A stretch of 64,000 nt of DNA from Candidatus Poribacteria bacterium (GCA_965218095.1 OZ244587.1:2592001-2656000), one strand, 5' to 3'; counted from the first letter of the stretch, positions 1 to 10,881 are shown. The notes: a model not told the origin generated them from the sequence alone. Numbers and translations: made by a program.

Positions 1-927
1 CGTGAACAGACGACTCGCTCCGCCGCCCATGTTGGTAGTGCTTATCCAAACAACTCTGAAGAACTCAAAGAAAAGTTGATGGGTTTCTTCCAACCGCCAG
101 ATGGGCCCGGATCGCCTGATCCATCGGTGGAATCCGATTCGTCACTAGTAGGCGCTATTGTCCCGCATATCGATCTTCGACAGGGCGGACCGTGCTTCGC
201 TCATGCCTACAAGGAGATTGTCGAAAAATCTAATGCGGATCTCTTTATCATTCTCGGTGTCAAACACACGGGGTATCGCGGGATGTACACAGCGACCTAT
301 AAAGATTTTGAGACACCGTTAGGGACGGTAAAGACCGATGCTGACTTTATCGATCGCCTTCAACAAAATTACGATGGCGATTTGCTCGAAGATGAATTCT
401 TCCATAAAAGTGAACATTCGGTCGAGTTTCAGGTTGTGTTCCTGCAAGCTCTGTTGGGAGAGGTGAAGCCGTTCCGAATCGTCCCGATTATCTGTAGTTC
501 CTTTGATCAGCTCGTGATTGTCGGTGGCGACCCCCACGAGAAACCTTCAGTGGGTGGATTTATCAATAGCTTACAACAAGCGATTGAGGCGAGTGATTCT
601 TCTGTTTGCATCCTCGCAAGCGTTGACCTGAGCCACGTTGGTGGGCGTTTCGGGGACCGCTTTCCACTGAACACAATCGTGCGAGATCGTATCCGCGATG
701 AAGATCTGGAGATGCTGCGCGCGGCAGAAAATGTCAATACTCAGGCTTTTCTGGAGACGATCTGTCGCACGAAAAACCAGCGTCGTGTTGATGGCGTTTG
801 TCCAATCTACACCCTGCTCGAAACCGTGCAGCCCACTTCAGGGCAGTTGCTGCAATATGATCAGGGTTTAGAGCCCGAAACAAATTCAGTCGTCACATTT
901 GCAAGCATGGGGTTTTATCGGAATTAA
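1..927 (+). CDS. AmmeMemoRadiSam protein B / MEMO1 family (5' partial)
   Basis: Frame open from base 1 (REQTTRSAAHVGSAYP); motifs PHID, EHSVEFQ, ASVDLSHVG. Confidence 0.85.
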   Translation, partial: REQTTRSAAHVGSAYPNNSEELKEKLMGFFQPPDGPGSPDPSVESDSSLVGAIVPHIDLRQGGPCFAHAYKEIVEKSNADLFIILGVKHTGYRGMYTATYKDFETPLGTVKTDADFIDRLQQNYDGDLLEDEFFHKSEHSVEFQVVFLQALLGEVKPFRIVPIICSSFDQLVIVGGDPHEKPSVGGFINSLQQAIEASDSSVCILASVDLSHVGGRFGDRFPLNTIVRDRIRDEDLEMLRAAENVNTQAFLETICRTKNQRRVDGVCPIYTLLETVQPTSGQLLQYDQGLEPETNSVVTFASMGFYRN

Positions 928-987
928 GATCAGAACCTCTCGTTACTCATTACGTTTTACGCATACAATACAATTGGAGGGTTTAAC

Positions 988-1782
988 ATGCATATACTCG
1001 TAGATCTCAACGTACTAGAAAGCAAGGTTGCGGTTCATTGGTTTGAACAGAGCACCTTCGCGCTGAGAGATTCACACGGAACAATCGTGCAGATTGATCC
1101 ATACTTTCCGCATGATCGACCGGCGGAAAGGTATATCCACCCTGAACCGCCGCTGGATGAATCTCAACTCCCGACGGACTATGTGCTGTTGACGCACAAC
1201 CACGGTGATCACACCTGTCCCGAATCGATCGAACGCATCCTGAAGATTTCACCGAAGGCGAGGTTCGTTGGACCTGAAGAGAGTATCACGCAGATCTTGG
1301 CGGACACAGACGTTGACGCAGATCATGTGACGACCATCCGTGCTGGCGAATCAGCGGAACTTGGGACGCTTACCGCGCACGCAGTCTATGCGAAGCCCCC
1401 AAACGGCGATCCCGCCGCAAGTATCGCCCCACCCGATGTGACCCACCTCGGCTATGTGGTCAAAGCGGATGGCGTGACACTCTATTTCTCTGGCGATCTC
1501 ATCAACACCTTTGCCGACCACGATGAGTTGGTGAGCGCTGTTGCCGCACACAACCCAGACATTGGGTTCCTGACCAATCACCCAAGAGAGGGGGAATTCC
1601 CGTTCTTTGACGGTTGTGTAAAGACAGCGCAAGGAATTGGTCTCAAGCACGCCGTACCTTCGCACTACGCCTGCTTTGTCAAGAGGGATTATGACCCGCA
1701 TGAATGGGCGGCGCAATTCCCGGACGATGGTCCTGAACCGCTGATCATCCCCCGGAATTCACACATTATTTATCCAGGTTAG
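988..1782 (+). CDS. MBL-fold metallo-hydrolase (UlaG-like)
   Basis: IDPYF, THNHGDH, YFSGD, PSHY motifs; GGAGG RBS upstream. Confidence 0.85.
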   Translation: MHILVDLNVLESKVAVHWFEQSTFALRDSHGTIVQIDPYFPHDRPAERYIHPEPPLDESQLPTDYVLLTHNHGDHTCPESIERILKISPKARFVGPEESITQILADTDVDADHVTTIRAGESAELGTLTAHAVYAKPPNGDPAASIAPPDVTHLGYVVKADGVTLYFSGDLINTFADHDELVSAVAAHNPDIGFLTNHPREGEFPFFDGCVKTAQGIGLKHAVPSHYACFVKRDYDPHEWAAQFPDDGPEPLIIPRNSHIIYPG

Positions 1783-1885
1783 AAGATAGACCACCTGAAC
1801 GGTTACACTGTTAGTTCCTCGTTGCGATGGTCTGAATTTGGAAAATCGCAATTTATGATCTGCGTGAATATGGATTTGGTACCAC

Positions 1886-2480
1886 CTATTGAGACAGTCT
1901 CTCTTGCGGCACAGGAATACAGAAACTTACAATCGTCTTTCCGCTAATGTGTTCCTCATCCTCCCGTGCTTGGGGTTTGCTACGGTGGTCAAAGACGACA
2001 TAGTATCCTTCCTCAACCTGTTCCAAATCCAGATACCGTGCCAGTTGATGCTTCCCTGCTTGATACCGTTTTTGACTGCCCCAAATTTTAATCTTGAGGA
2101 TTCGGCATCCCATACGCGCAATAAAATCACCGAAGTTAGCAAGCACGGCACGGAGATTGATTTTGTTCGCGGCCGTCACATAATCCGAAAAGTCCAAATC
2201 GCTGTCTTCAGGAAGGCACTTATCTTCCAAACCGTTCACAAGTGGCGTAAACGTTTGCACGATGACGTACTGATAGATTGGATTGGTCACCTCGCAAAAC
2301 CCATCATTACCTTTTTTTAATACCCCATACGTTGCCAATTCACGGATTAGCTCATTCCGAATATTAAATCGGATGCCACTTTCTTTTAGACAGATTCTCA
2401 TCAAAAGTGATTCAAATCGCGAATCTCTACGAATATTGGTCGTCAGGTGAGCCAGATGGGCGCTATCGTCATCAAGAATG
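1886..2480 (-). pseudogene. C-terminal fragment of AAA-like domain protein with PD-(D/E)XK-type tail
   Basis: NPIY, AGKHQLARYL, GYYVVFDHR resemble this family; no N-terminus, internal deletion likely. Confidence 0.6.
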
Positions 2481-2495
2481 TGTTAATGTACCATT

Positions 2496-3034
2496 TCAAA
2501 ATGCGCAACCGTGGCAGGCGTCGATAATCCGCATCACCCGATAGGCGCCGTGGATGCTGACCGGTGTCTGGTTACCCTCACGAATCGCGCGGATAAATGC
2601 GGCGACGAAATCGTAGCCCCACTGGCTCGCATAGAACGGACGCTCTACGAGTTTCATGCTGATCTGCCGCATCGGCGCGGTTTGCCAGCCCGGTGCGGTG
2701 CTGGTAACGGTGAACTCGCCCTCGCTGGTCGGCTGCCATGTGGCTGCGCCAAGCGTTCCCCGGAGTCCAAAATAGGTATCATTCCTTGGACCCACGCCGG
2801 GCAGAAGATAGCCCATGTGCAGACAGGCGTGTACGCCGCTGCTGAACTCAAGGGCAACCGTCGCTACATCCTCCAACTGATGTGTATCCCATTCACAGTA
2901 CACCACAACCTCGACATCTTCCTGCGCCTTGAGAACGGTTTGAGTAAGCCGTGGTTCTTATCGGGGTACAGGCTGCCCGCGTAGATGCGTAGACCAACCA
3001 TGGCGGCTTTGAGGGGCGGTTCTTGTGTGGTCAT
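2496..3034 (-). pseudogene. Gfo/Idh/MocA oxidoreductase remnant
   Basis: Start MTTQEPPLKAAMVG near 3034 and C-terminal VEDVA-like/LRGTLG/FVAAFIRAI segment; middle missing. Confidence 0.6.
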
Positions 3035-3189
3035 TTGTTGTCGTTCCTTTCAGCGGATTAGGTTGGTTAAGTGCATAAGTTCAAGAGTTCAAGAGTTCAT
3101 GGGCTCATTGAATTCTCGCACTTTTGCCCGTTAATTTTCAAGATCGATGTGGGGCGCCAGTGGTTTTGGCGGTAACATAAGAATTCTCT

Positions 3190-4629
3190 TTATCCCTGTT
3201 TTGCCAGTGTCTTTTTCGCCTCCTTATAAATCTGCGCGTAAATCTTATCACGGGGGACACAACCAGCGGCGAATTGACCGAGCGGATTCGCCTTCGCACG
3301 CATCAACGCTGTGCAGCAGCTCACGGCGACACAGACTTTTTTCTTGACCATTTGCCCTTGTTCTATCGTGTCCTGCGCATAGTTGGGATACGCCAATGCC
3401 CCGCGTCCGACGGCGACAATGCTCACACGCCCATCTCGGATATTCGCTTCGCCGGCGTTGACCAAGTATCGCTGCAACCAGCTATAGCCGGTACCGACAA
3501 TCGGCAGGTCTGGATAGGCGCGCTGGATTTCCTCTGCCAGCCGAATGTGCCGGTCAACGCCGACCAACGGGTGTTCCGGCGTCTCGTAGCCATCAATCGG
3601 TGGGCGTTCAAACGGACGACCGATGTGTGGGTTGAAATATGGACTTCCCGTGGTGACGTTAACCAGTTTGACGCCAAGTTCTTTGAGCATGCCGACCAGC
3701 TTGATTGGTTCGGTCATGTCCGGTTGCGGCGGATTGGTTTCATCAACGCCAAAGCCGTAAGGGTAAGGCGTTGGGATGTCCCGTGGGACGCCGACCGTTG
3801 TTTTCGGGTCTTCCATGTAAGCCACGCCGTCGTAAACGTTCAGTCGCGTGGCAAGGATTAGCTCATCCCCAATCTCCGCCCGGATCTTGCCGATGATGTT
3901 TTGGATAAACCGGATTCGGTTTTCAAAACTGCCGCCGTACTTCCCTTCCCGTGTCTTTGCGGCTAAAAGTTCGGAAAGCAGGTAGGTATGACATTGCTTG
4001 AGGTCAACAAAGTCAAATCCGATTTTCCACGCCAACTTTGCGGCTTCGACATAAGTATCCTCCAGACGCTCCAGATAGTCATCGCTCAAGACGGGATAAT
4101 CGTCGGGAATGGGGATTTTGTTTTTCTTATCGATCAGCGTCACTTTGTCAACGATCGGGTGGCGAAACGCGATTAACGGCTTCTTGTAGCTATATCGCCC
4201 TGAGTGGGTCAACTGCATTCCAACGATGACCTCTTCATTTGCGCCGAATTCCTCTCGGTGAACATCCCGCGTCAAATTGAGGGTCGACTCGATCGAGGTC
4301 GCCGTTTCATCGTTGATTATGAGTTGACGGCTGTTTGCCTTCGCCTCATCAAAGAGCGCCGTTGCCTCACCCCAGATCAACTTCGCACCGCCACGCCCGA
4401 AGCGCTCCCAACGGCGGATGGTAAGTTCGCCCGGTTTGCCGTTGAGCGTGCCGTCACACCCCTCCATCGGGTGGATACCGAATGCGTTGCCTGCGACTTT
4501 GTGTCCAATCTGCACCGGCTCCAAGAGTTTCTCGATTTTTTCTTCGAGCCGGATGCTTAAGCCGAGTTCAGCAATCTCAGCCCGGAGCGCATTGATGTCT
4601 CGATAACGGAAATGTTTCTTTTTTAGCAT
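3190..4629 (-). CDS. NADH:flavin oxidoreductase (Old Yellow Enzyme family)
   Basis: HPMEGCD, GGAKLIWGEA, QLTHSGR, CHTYLLSE, YGGSFENR. Confidence 0.9.
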   Translation of the reverse strand: MLKKKHFRYRDINALRAEIAELGLSIRLEEKIEKLLEPVQIGHKVAGNAFGIHPMEGCDGTLNGKPGELTIRRWERFGRGGAKLIWGEATALFDEAKANSRQLIINDETATSIESTLNLTRDVHREEFGANEEVIVGMQLTHSGRYSYKKPLIAFRHPIVDKVTLIDKKNKIPIPDDYPVLSDDYLERLEDTYVEAAKLAWKIGFDFVDLKQCHTYLLSELLAAKTREGKYGGSFENRIRFIQNIIGKIRAEIGDELILATRLNVYDGVAYMEDPKTTVGVPRDIPTPYPYGFGVDETNPPQPDMTEPIKLVGMLKELGVKLVNVTTGSPYFNPHIGRPFERPPIDGYETPEHPLVGVDRHIRLAEEIQRAYPDLPIVGTGYSWLQRYLVNAGEANIRDGRVSIVAVGRGALAYPNYAQDTIEQGQMVKKKVCVAVSCCTALMRAKANPLGQFAAGCVPRDKIYAQIYKEAKKTLAKQG

Positions 4630-4951
4630 CAGTCTGATTTCCTTTTTGACATTCGTCACATCTTCTCAAATTGTTTCACGGCCTTCATCGCTTTCAGCGT
4701 GCCAATCTGTCTCAACGCCTGAACAGCCACACGAATTTCAATATCCTCTGTCTGTTGTACTCCTGACGCGATACTGCCGGCTCCGAAGGCCATTGTTGCG
4801 TTGGCATATCGGATTGCCATGGCATGATAGACTATTCTGTCAGCGTTTGCATTTGATTGAAATTTGGGCTTTGGGTGAGAGGCTGAGATTAGCAAGAGTT
4901 AATTTAGGTCCTCCTCCTCTTCAGCGGATTACGGAAGTCCGTCAGACTCCG

Positions 4952-5682
4952 CTATCGCTCAGTTTGAATAATTCGGATAACGTAACTGCCTTTCGGAAAT
5001 TCCTTCGTGTAGGCAAACTCCCCATCGTAGTTGCGAACGTCCATCGCTGTGAAATCTTCGTCCGCAACTTGCACTTCCATCCCCTGCGGCATGAGATTAC
5101 CAATCAGCCGCTTCACATTTGGCCCGCGCTCTCCGGGCGGAATGATGAATTCTTTGATTTCCCCTGAACGCCCTTCCTCAATCGCCGTTTGGTGGTAAAG
5201 ATAGAAATCCCTGAGCAATTCCGCTCGATGCACCGCGGTTGTCATGCCTGTCACCATGGCGGCGTGAAGTGGTGACGGATACCCTCTTGGATATGGAGTG
5301 TTGTTTCGTCACCTCGTTTAATCTGGATGCCTCTCGCCGATGCCTGCTCGAAGGTCATCCCGATTGCGCCTTGAAACGTGGGCCAGCTCTCGCCGTAACC
5401 AGGATAAAAGGAATCAAAAATCTCTGCCGTGAAGTAATCGAACCCGAGCTTGTCAAACGCTTCACCGATGGCTTTGCCGTAAATCTCCCACCACCTGATC
5501 GTCTGCTCTGGAAGGTTCTTATTGATTGGCTTTGCGAGCGGCGCGAAAAAGTATGTGCTGTCCGGTCCCATCTCGTAGTCGATCCCCAGGAACATAGCCT
5601 AACACGGATTCAATGGTTGGAACGCCTTCGCGATAAACCCCGCCCGGATAAAATTCAAATCCCAAGGTCACTCTCCTCATTT
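4952..5682 (-). pseudogene. M14 zinc carboxypeptidase remnant
   Basis: Fragments FEFYPG..ESVLGY, FDSFYPGYGESWP, GMTFEQAS, FPKGSYVI in shifting frames. Confidence 0.65.
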
Positions 5683-5720
5683 TAGGGTACGGAAATATCT
5701 GATGCCTGATATAAAATCTA

Positions 5721-5879
5721 GGTTCTGTTGACATTTGACGGATTGAACCAATCTCCGTTCCGAGAGTCTTCGACCTGATGCACCTTGAGGCGATTTCGGA
5801 CAACTGTCTTGGTTTTTGGCGGGTTGCATGATGATTACAGCGTTTGCCGAATTCGCGACAGCGAAATGTCAACAGAACC
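5721..5879. mobile_element. 159-bp MITE, non-autonomous IS5-family derivative
   Basis: Perfect 16-bp TIRs GGTTCTGTTGACATTT / AAATGTCAACAGAACC flanked by TA; identical to the ends of the element at 19103-19917. Confidence 0.9.
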
Positions 5880-5893
5880 TAATATCTAATTAT

Positions 5894-7621
5894 TAGGACT
5901 TACGCAAAATAAATAGACACAAGCGGTGAAAAGCAGTAGAATGAGCAGCATGGAGGTGAATATGGCCAAACCCACTCGACTCGACTACTGTCAGTATTTG
6001 CTCAGCAGCCCAATCAACTATACCTTAACCCATTTCGCTGACCATAGCAGAAGTTTCAGTCATGATATGATAAACCGTTATCTCGCCGGTGAGCGTATCC
6101 CGCCTCGCTTGGTATGGGAAAACGTCAAACCGCACATTGTGCAAACCCAACAGGGAAATGTCATCTTTGATGACACCATTTTGGACAAGCGCTACGCCCG
6201 GAACATCGCGTTGGTGCGTCGTCAGTATAGTGGAAACGCGAAAGCAACGGTATCGGTGTGGTGACTTGTGTCTATGTCAATCCCGCCTTAGACCGTTTCT
6301 GTACGACCCACAGGGGGATGGCAAGAGCAAATTAGATTACGTTAAGGAGATGTTAGTGCGCTTTTAAGTAACTAAATGCAATGGTGGTGCGATTCCATCT
6401 ATGATAGCTTACAATCATAAGCCTCACCTTAACTGCGTTGCCAGAAATGGCAGGGTGGGAAGCAAAGGGACATGGCGAATTCCTGAGAGGGAAAGTAGAC
6501 CCTTGAGACTGGAACGTCAGGCTGAGGATGATAAGGTTAAAATGAAAATTGAACTGATGTTTGAAGCCTCGTAACCTTAGAGCAGGTTAATCTACAAGCT
6601 AAAGCCTGTAACTAATAAAGTACAAGCATAGGGTTATGCGCTTAACATTCGCATAACCAAAGGTGATATGCTTGAAATTCATATCACTGGTAAGCCATTG
6701 CTTCGGGGCAAAGTCAGAACCTAAGTCATCTATAAATTACATTTAGTGAGATTAAAAGAGTCCCTAAGTCATCTTAAAGATGATATGGGAGAGGAAGGCA
6801 GAAAAAGCATTTTATGCAAAGCCTGCCTAGTGTCAACGTACTGAAATGTATCATAAACAGATTAAGGGAAAATGAGAGCAAATCAAGTCCCTGCTACATA
6901 CTTGGCAACTCGTCCCCATGTTCTGAACGATACAAAGTAAGTATGGCTGAGATTATCTTTTAAGTGATGCAGTAAGTTAGACAGCCTAAGACTTCAAAGC
7001 ATTATTAAGCATTACCAGTATAAGATAATCGGTAATTGGCAGGGCGAGCCGTGTGCGGTGAAAGTCGCACGCACGGTTTTGATGGGGGGAAAATTCCGTA
7101 AGGAATCTACCTATCCATACTCCCTACTAGTCTATCACAAGCAACTCTCCTTATGGATTGCTGGTATGCCACCAAAGATTTGATGATACACATTGAGCGG
7201 CTCCGAAAACATTACTATTGCCCGCTGAAATCCAATCGTCAGGTTGCTTCGAATCCCGATAAGATCGGGGGTGAAACTTTTCTGGGTCGCGTCTTCTAAC
7301 AGACGCACGGATTATGTTGTGACCAACGACTTGGCTCAAAACGACACTTCGGTTGCACAACAGGCGTGTAATTAGCGCTGGAAGATTGAGCAATTTCACC
7401 GGCAAGCCAAACAGTTGACAGGAGTTGAAGGTTGTCAATGCCGAGTGGCACGGCTTGTTCGCAACCATATTGGTTGTGCATTATTCGTTTGGATTCGGCT
7501 CGAGCACGTGGCGTATCAGACCCAGCAAACCATTTATCAGGTCAAACACGGAGTGTTGGAGGAGTATTTACGACAACAACTCAAATCTCCTGCGATTCGC
7601 ATGGAGCTTGCGTAAGTCCTA
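5894..7621 (+). mobile_element. Degenerate IS701-family element interrupted by a group II intron
   Basis: TIRs TAGGACTTACGCAA / TTGCGTAAGTCCTA; 5-bp direct repeat ATTAT at 5889-5893 and 7622-7626; transposase fragments YCQYLLSS, IFDDTILDK, MDCWYA, WKIEQFHR. Confidence 0.9.
6356..7120 (+). ncRNA. ORF-less group II intron (IIB-like), 765 nt
   Basis: 5' GTGCG; domain V GAGCCGTGTGCGGTGAAAGTCGCACGCACGGTTT; domain VI ending CTATCCATAC; EBS1 TAACAT (6643-6648) in a hairpin loop complementary to exon end ATGTTA; removal restores transposase frame EML-SLLVYHK. Confidence 0.93.
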
Positions 7622-7980
7622 ATTATATCAGATTTAACCAATCTTGTCATCAGAAAGTCAGAAATTTGCAAATGAACAAATGGACTTTAGACACTTGACA
7701 GTGGATTTCAAACTTCTTTGAATCTCCTCAATGGATACAAATAAGGTATTCATCGTGGTGGCATCTGCTGCCGATTCTCTACCCTCATTGAAAATTTCTG
7801 TCAGAAAGTATTCTATTGACAAATGGACAAATTTCTGCGAAACTATAGAGTAGAAATTGGGATTGAAGCCTGCATACTCAGTAATTTTCAAAAAGAAAGT
7901 AATGGTTTGTAGTCAGGTGCGCTACTACGAACAGAATGTAACAAAGTCAAGTTACTTAGATACGGAAAAGGAGAATTTCT

Positions 7981-8832
7981 ATGACATCTGACAAACTTGT
8001 ATACCAAGTCGTAGAGGGCTGGGGGCACCTGCCCGAAGGATGGGAATTCAAACAGGTGGCGGGGGTTGCTGTTGATTCCCAAGATAGAATTTACGTCTAC
8101 AACCGTGGGGAACACCCCATGATCGTCTTTGACAGTGACGGCAATCTGTTGAAGACCTGGGGAGAGGGATTTTTAAAGCATGCGCACGGCATTTTCATTG
8201 ACGCAGCAGATATGATCTACCTCGTTGACCGGTTTTTGCATGTGGTATTGAAGTATTCCCCAGAGGGCGAGATCCTGATGACGATAGGAACTTTAGATCA
8301 ACCTTCAACGAACGGCGAGCCGTTTAATCACCCCACGGATGTTGCGCTGTCGTCATCAGACGAAATTTATGTTTCCGATGGCTACGGTAATACACGGGTG
8401 CACAAATTCTCCGCTCAGGGGGAACATCTCCTCTCCTGGGGCATGCCCGGCGACGGCATCGGTGAGTTTAACCTGCCTCACAGCGTCTGGGTGGATGACG
8501 ACGATCGGGTTTATGTTGCCGATCGGGAAAACCATCGCATACAGATCTTCGACCCCGAAGGGACGTTTATCGATCAGTGGACGGGGTTCCGCCAACCAAC
8601 TGATTTCTTCCTTGACGCAGCGGAGCATTTTTATGTTTCCGAGTTGCAGCACCGGGTCAGCATCCTGAACCTCGACGGAGAAGTTCTGACCCGTATGGGA
8701 GGCGAATCAAGTCACGCCCCCGGACAGTTTGTCGCTCCCCACGCTGTCTGGACCGATTCTAAAGATGCCCTTTACGTCGGTGAAGTGCTAGAAGGACAGC
8801 GGATACAGAAGTTCGTATTGCGTGATGCATAG
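7981..8832 (+). CDS. NHL-repeat protein, peptidyl-alpha-hydroxyglycine amidating lyase-like
   Basis: Repeated FNHPTDVA / FNLPHSV, YVSDGYGN, VADRENHRIQ. Confidence 0.9.
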   Translation: MTSDKLVYQVVEGWGHLPEGWEFKQVAGVAVDSQDRIYVYNRGEHPMIVFDSDGNLLKTWGEGFLKHAHGIFIDAADMIYLVDRFLHVVLKYSPEGEILMTIGTLDQPSTNGEPFNHPTDVALSSSDEIYVSDGYGNTRVHKFSAQGEHLLSWGMPGDGIGEFNLPHSVWVDDDDRVYVADRENHRIQIFDPEGTFIDQWTGFRQPTDFFLDAAEHFYVSELQHRVSILNLDGEVLTRMGGESSHAPGQFVAPHAVWTDSKDALYVGEVLEGQRIQKFVLRDA

Positions 8833-8845
8833 TACGTTTCACGTT

Positions 8846-9006
8846 TTAGGATTTTCCAATTTTTGAATCATCCCAAATCTCATATTATTGGGTATGACGT
8901 ATTGCGTATTGATTCCCTACGCAATACGCAATACAACAACCTATCGACCTTATTATTTTCGAAATGCTATTGTTGTTGGGATGGTTTAAATTCTGGAAAC
9001 ACCTTA
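8846..9006. repeat. Imperfect inverted-repeat element within heptamer repeats
   Basis: TTCCAATTTTTGAATCATCCCAA (8854-8876) versus reverse complement of 8976-8998; internal hairpin GTATTGCGTA..TACGCAATAC. Confidence 0.5.
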
Positions 9007-9101
9007 CGCATTACGCATTGATGTGTTTCATGACGATATGATAAAATTTATAAGTCAGCATCAGATGGTGAGTCGTCAGATTTTACGGTTCAGGGGGAAA
9101 T

Positions 9102-10163
9102 GTGAACCTAACAACCGTTTTAGACCAGCTCGAAGGAAAACACATCATCATCGTCGGCGATGCGATTTTGGATGAATACGTTTGGGGAGATGTCAAGCGC
9201 ATTTCCCCGGAAGCACCGGTGCCCGTACTCGAAGTGACTGCTGAAACAATCCGTTTCGGGGGTGCGGCGAATGTTGCTCATAACGTCACGAGCCTGGGGG
9301 GACGGGTAGATCTCATTGGTGTGATTGGTGATGATAACAAGAGTGCAACCCTGATTCGCCTGCTTCGAGAGGCAGGGATTAATACGGAAGGCATCTGTAT
9401 CGATCCGAGCCGCCCCACGAGCACTAAAACTCGTGTGATTGCCCGAACTTCGTACACAAGTTTGTCAACTCACCAGCAGCTTGTACGAATCGATCGAGAA
9501 TCGAAGAGCTCCATCAATGCTTCCTTGCAGGAGCAGTTATCGACAGCCGCTATCGATCGTATTCCACAGGCAGATGCAGTGATTTTTGCGGACTACGATA
9601 AAGGCACCGTGAGTGATGACCTCATCCAGGTTGTCCTCCGCCAGGCACGCCAATATTACAAACCCGTAGTTGTCGATCCGAAAGTTGAGAATTTTTGGAA
9701 CTACAAAGGAGTGACATCGATTACGCCGAACCACAAAGAGGCGGGGGCAGTGCTGAACCGGGAAATCACTGACGAAGCCAGCTTAATTAAGGTCGGCGAA
9801 GAGATCTTGGACCGGCTAGGACTCGACAGCTTATTGATAACCCGTGGCGAACAAGGTATGTCTTTATTTCGCAGAGCCGGAGAACAAGGCCGGTTGCATG
9901 TTGACCACATCCCTACGCAGTCCCGCGAGGTTTTTGACGTGACCGGTGCTGGAGATACCGTCGTCGCTGTATTTACGCTTGCTCTTGCTGCACATGCAGA
10001 TATGCTTGATGCAGCGCGGCTTTCCAATTTAGCGGGAGGCATTGTTGTCGGAGAGGTCGGTTGCGTCGCTGTCACACGGGAGAAACTCTCTCAAGCCATC
10101 CGGCAAGTGGCTTTGAATCCCGATTCCATCGAAGAGATCCGTGATGACGACCGTCTTCCTTGA
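9102..10163 (+). CDS. rfaE1: D-glycero-beta-D-manno-heptose-7-phosphate kinase
   Basis: RISPEAPVPV, GGAANVA, DYDKG, DVTGAGDTV. Confidence 0.92.
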   Translation: MNLTTVLDQLEGKHIIIVGDAILDEYVWGDVKRISPEAPVPVLEVTAETIRFGGAANVAHNVTSLGGRVDLIGVIGDDNKSATLIRLLREAGINTEGICIDPSRPTSTKTRVIARTSYTSLSTHQQLVRIDRESKSSINASLQEQLSTAAIDRIPQADAVIFADYDKGTVSDDLIQVVLRQARQYYKPVVVDPKVENFWNYKGVTSITPNHKEAGAVLNREITDEASLIKVGEEILDRLGLDSLLITRGEQGMSLFRRAGEQGRLHVDHIPTQSREVFDVTGAGDTVVAVFTLALAAHADMLDAARLSNLAGGIVVGEVGCVAVTREKLSQAIRQVALNPDSIEEIRDDDRLP

Positions 10164-10722
10164 CCGCGATGGGGTGATCAATCGCAATCTCAAGAATGAC
10201 TACGTCAAGAGTTGGGAGGAGTTTGAATTTCTTCCCAATGCTCTGGAGGCAATCCAACACCTCACGGAGGCTGGCTATCAACTGATTGTCGTCACCAATC
10301 AAGCCTCTATCAATAAAGGCATCATTTCTTCAAAAACTCTTGAAGAGATTCACCAACGGATGGTCACGGAAATTGAGGCTGTCGGTGGGCGGATTCACGC
10401 CATTTACCACTGCCCCCATCGTGACGACGAAAGGTGTGACTGCCGTAAACCCAAGCCGGGCATGCTCATTCAGGCGGCTTATGAACACGGAATTGATTTA
10501 TCATGGGCTTACCTAATCGGAGATTCCATGAGGGACATTGCGGCGGGACAACAAGTAGGATGTCGGACACTCCTCGTGCTGACGGGGCCCGCTCCGCGAG
10601 GATTCCGCAAGGTAGAACATACATCCCAACAGATTAAAAATTCCACGCTTTGTGGCAGTGTCCAGCCAGACGAGGTGTTCGCTGATTTGTATACCGCTAG
10701 CTTATGGATTGAAAAGAATTGA
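10141..10722 (+). CDS. gmhB: D-glycero-D-manno-heptose 1,7-bisphosphate phosphatase
   Basis: FLDRDGVIN, VTNQ, CPH..CDCRKPKPGM, IGDS. Confidence 0.92.
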   Translation: MMTTVFLDRDGVINRNLKNDYVKSWEEFEFLPNALEAIQHLTEAGYQLIVVTNQASINKGIISSKTLEEIHQRMVTEIEAVGGRIHAIYHCPHRDDERCDCRKPKPGMLIQAAYEHGIDLSWAYLIGDSMRDIAAGQQVGCRTLLVLTGPAPRGFRKVEHTSQQIKNSTLCGSVQPDEVFADLYTASLWIEKN

Positions 10723-10881
10723 CCAATGCTTGAACCTTTCGAGGGTTTTGAACCTTTGAAAGGTTGGTGTTCTAAATTATCAATAACCCCAAAATGTGTA
10801 TTGGTCAACGGCATAATATACACCGTTGCTCGGTTAATTGTATTATCTTCCTGACCAATCAAATAAACCCAAAATCGTAAA

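Noticed and set aside
3274-3861. Long antisense ORFs (also 17502-18029, 21425-22054, 37719-38363)
   Set aside because: Shadows of well-supported genes on the opposite strand, with no motifs.
6872-6940. Functional intron-encoded protein
   Set aside because: Only 22 codons with no RT motifs; at most a relic of the IEP start.
7658-7891. 77-aa ORF next to the IS701 end
   Set aside because: AT-rich, no motif or clear RBS; likely intergenic.
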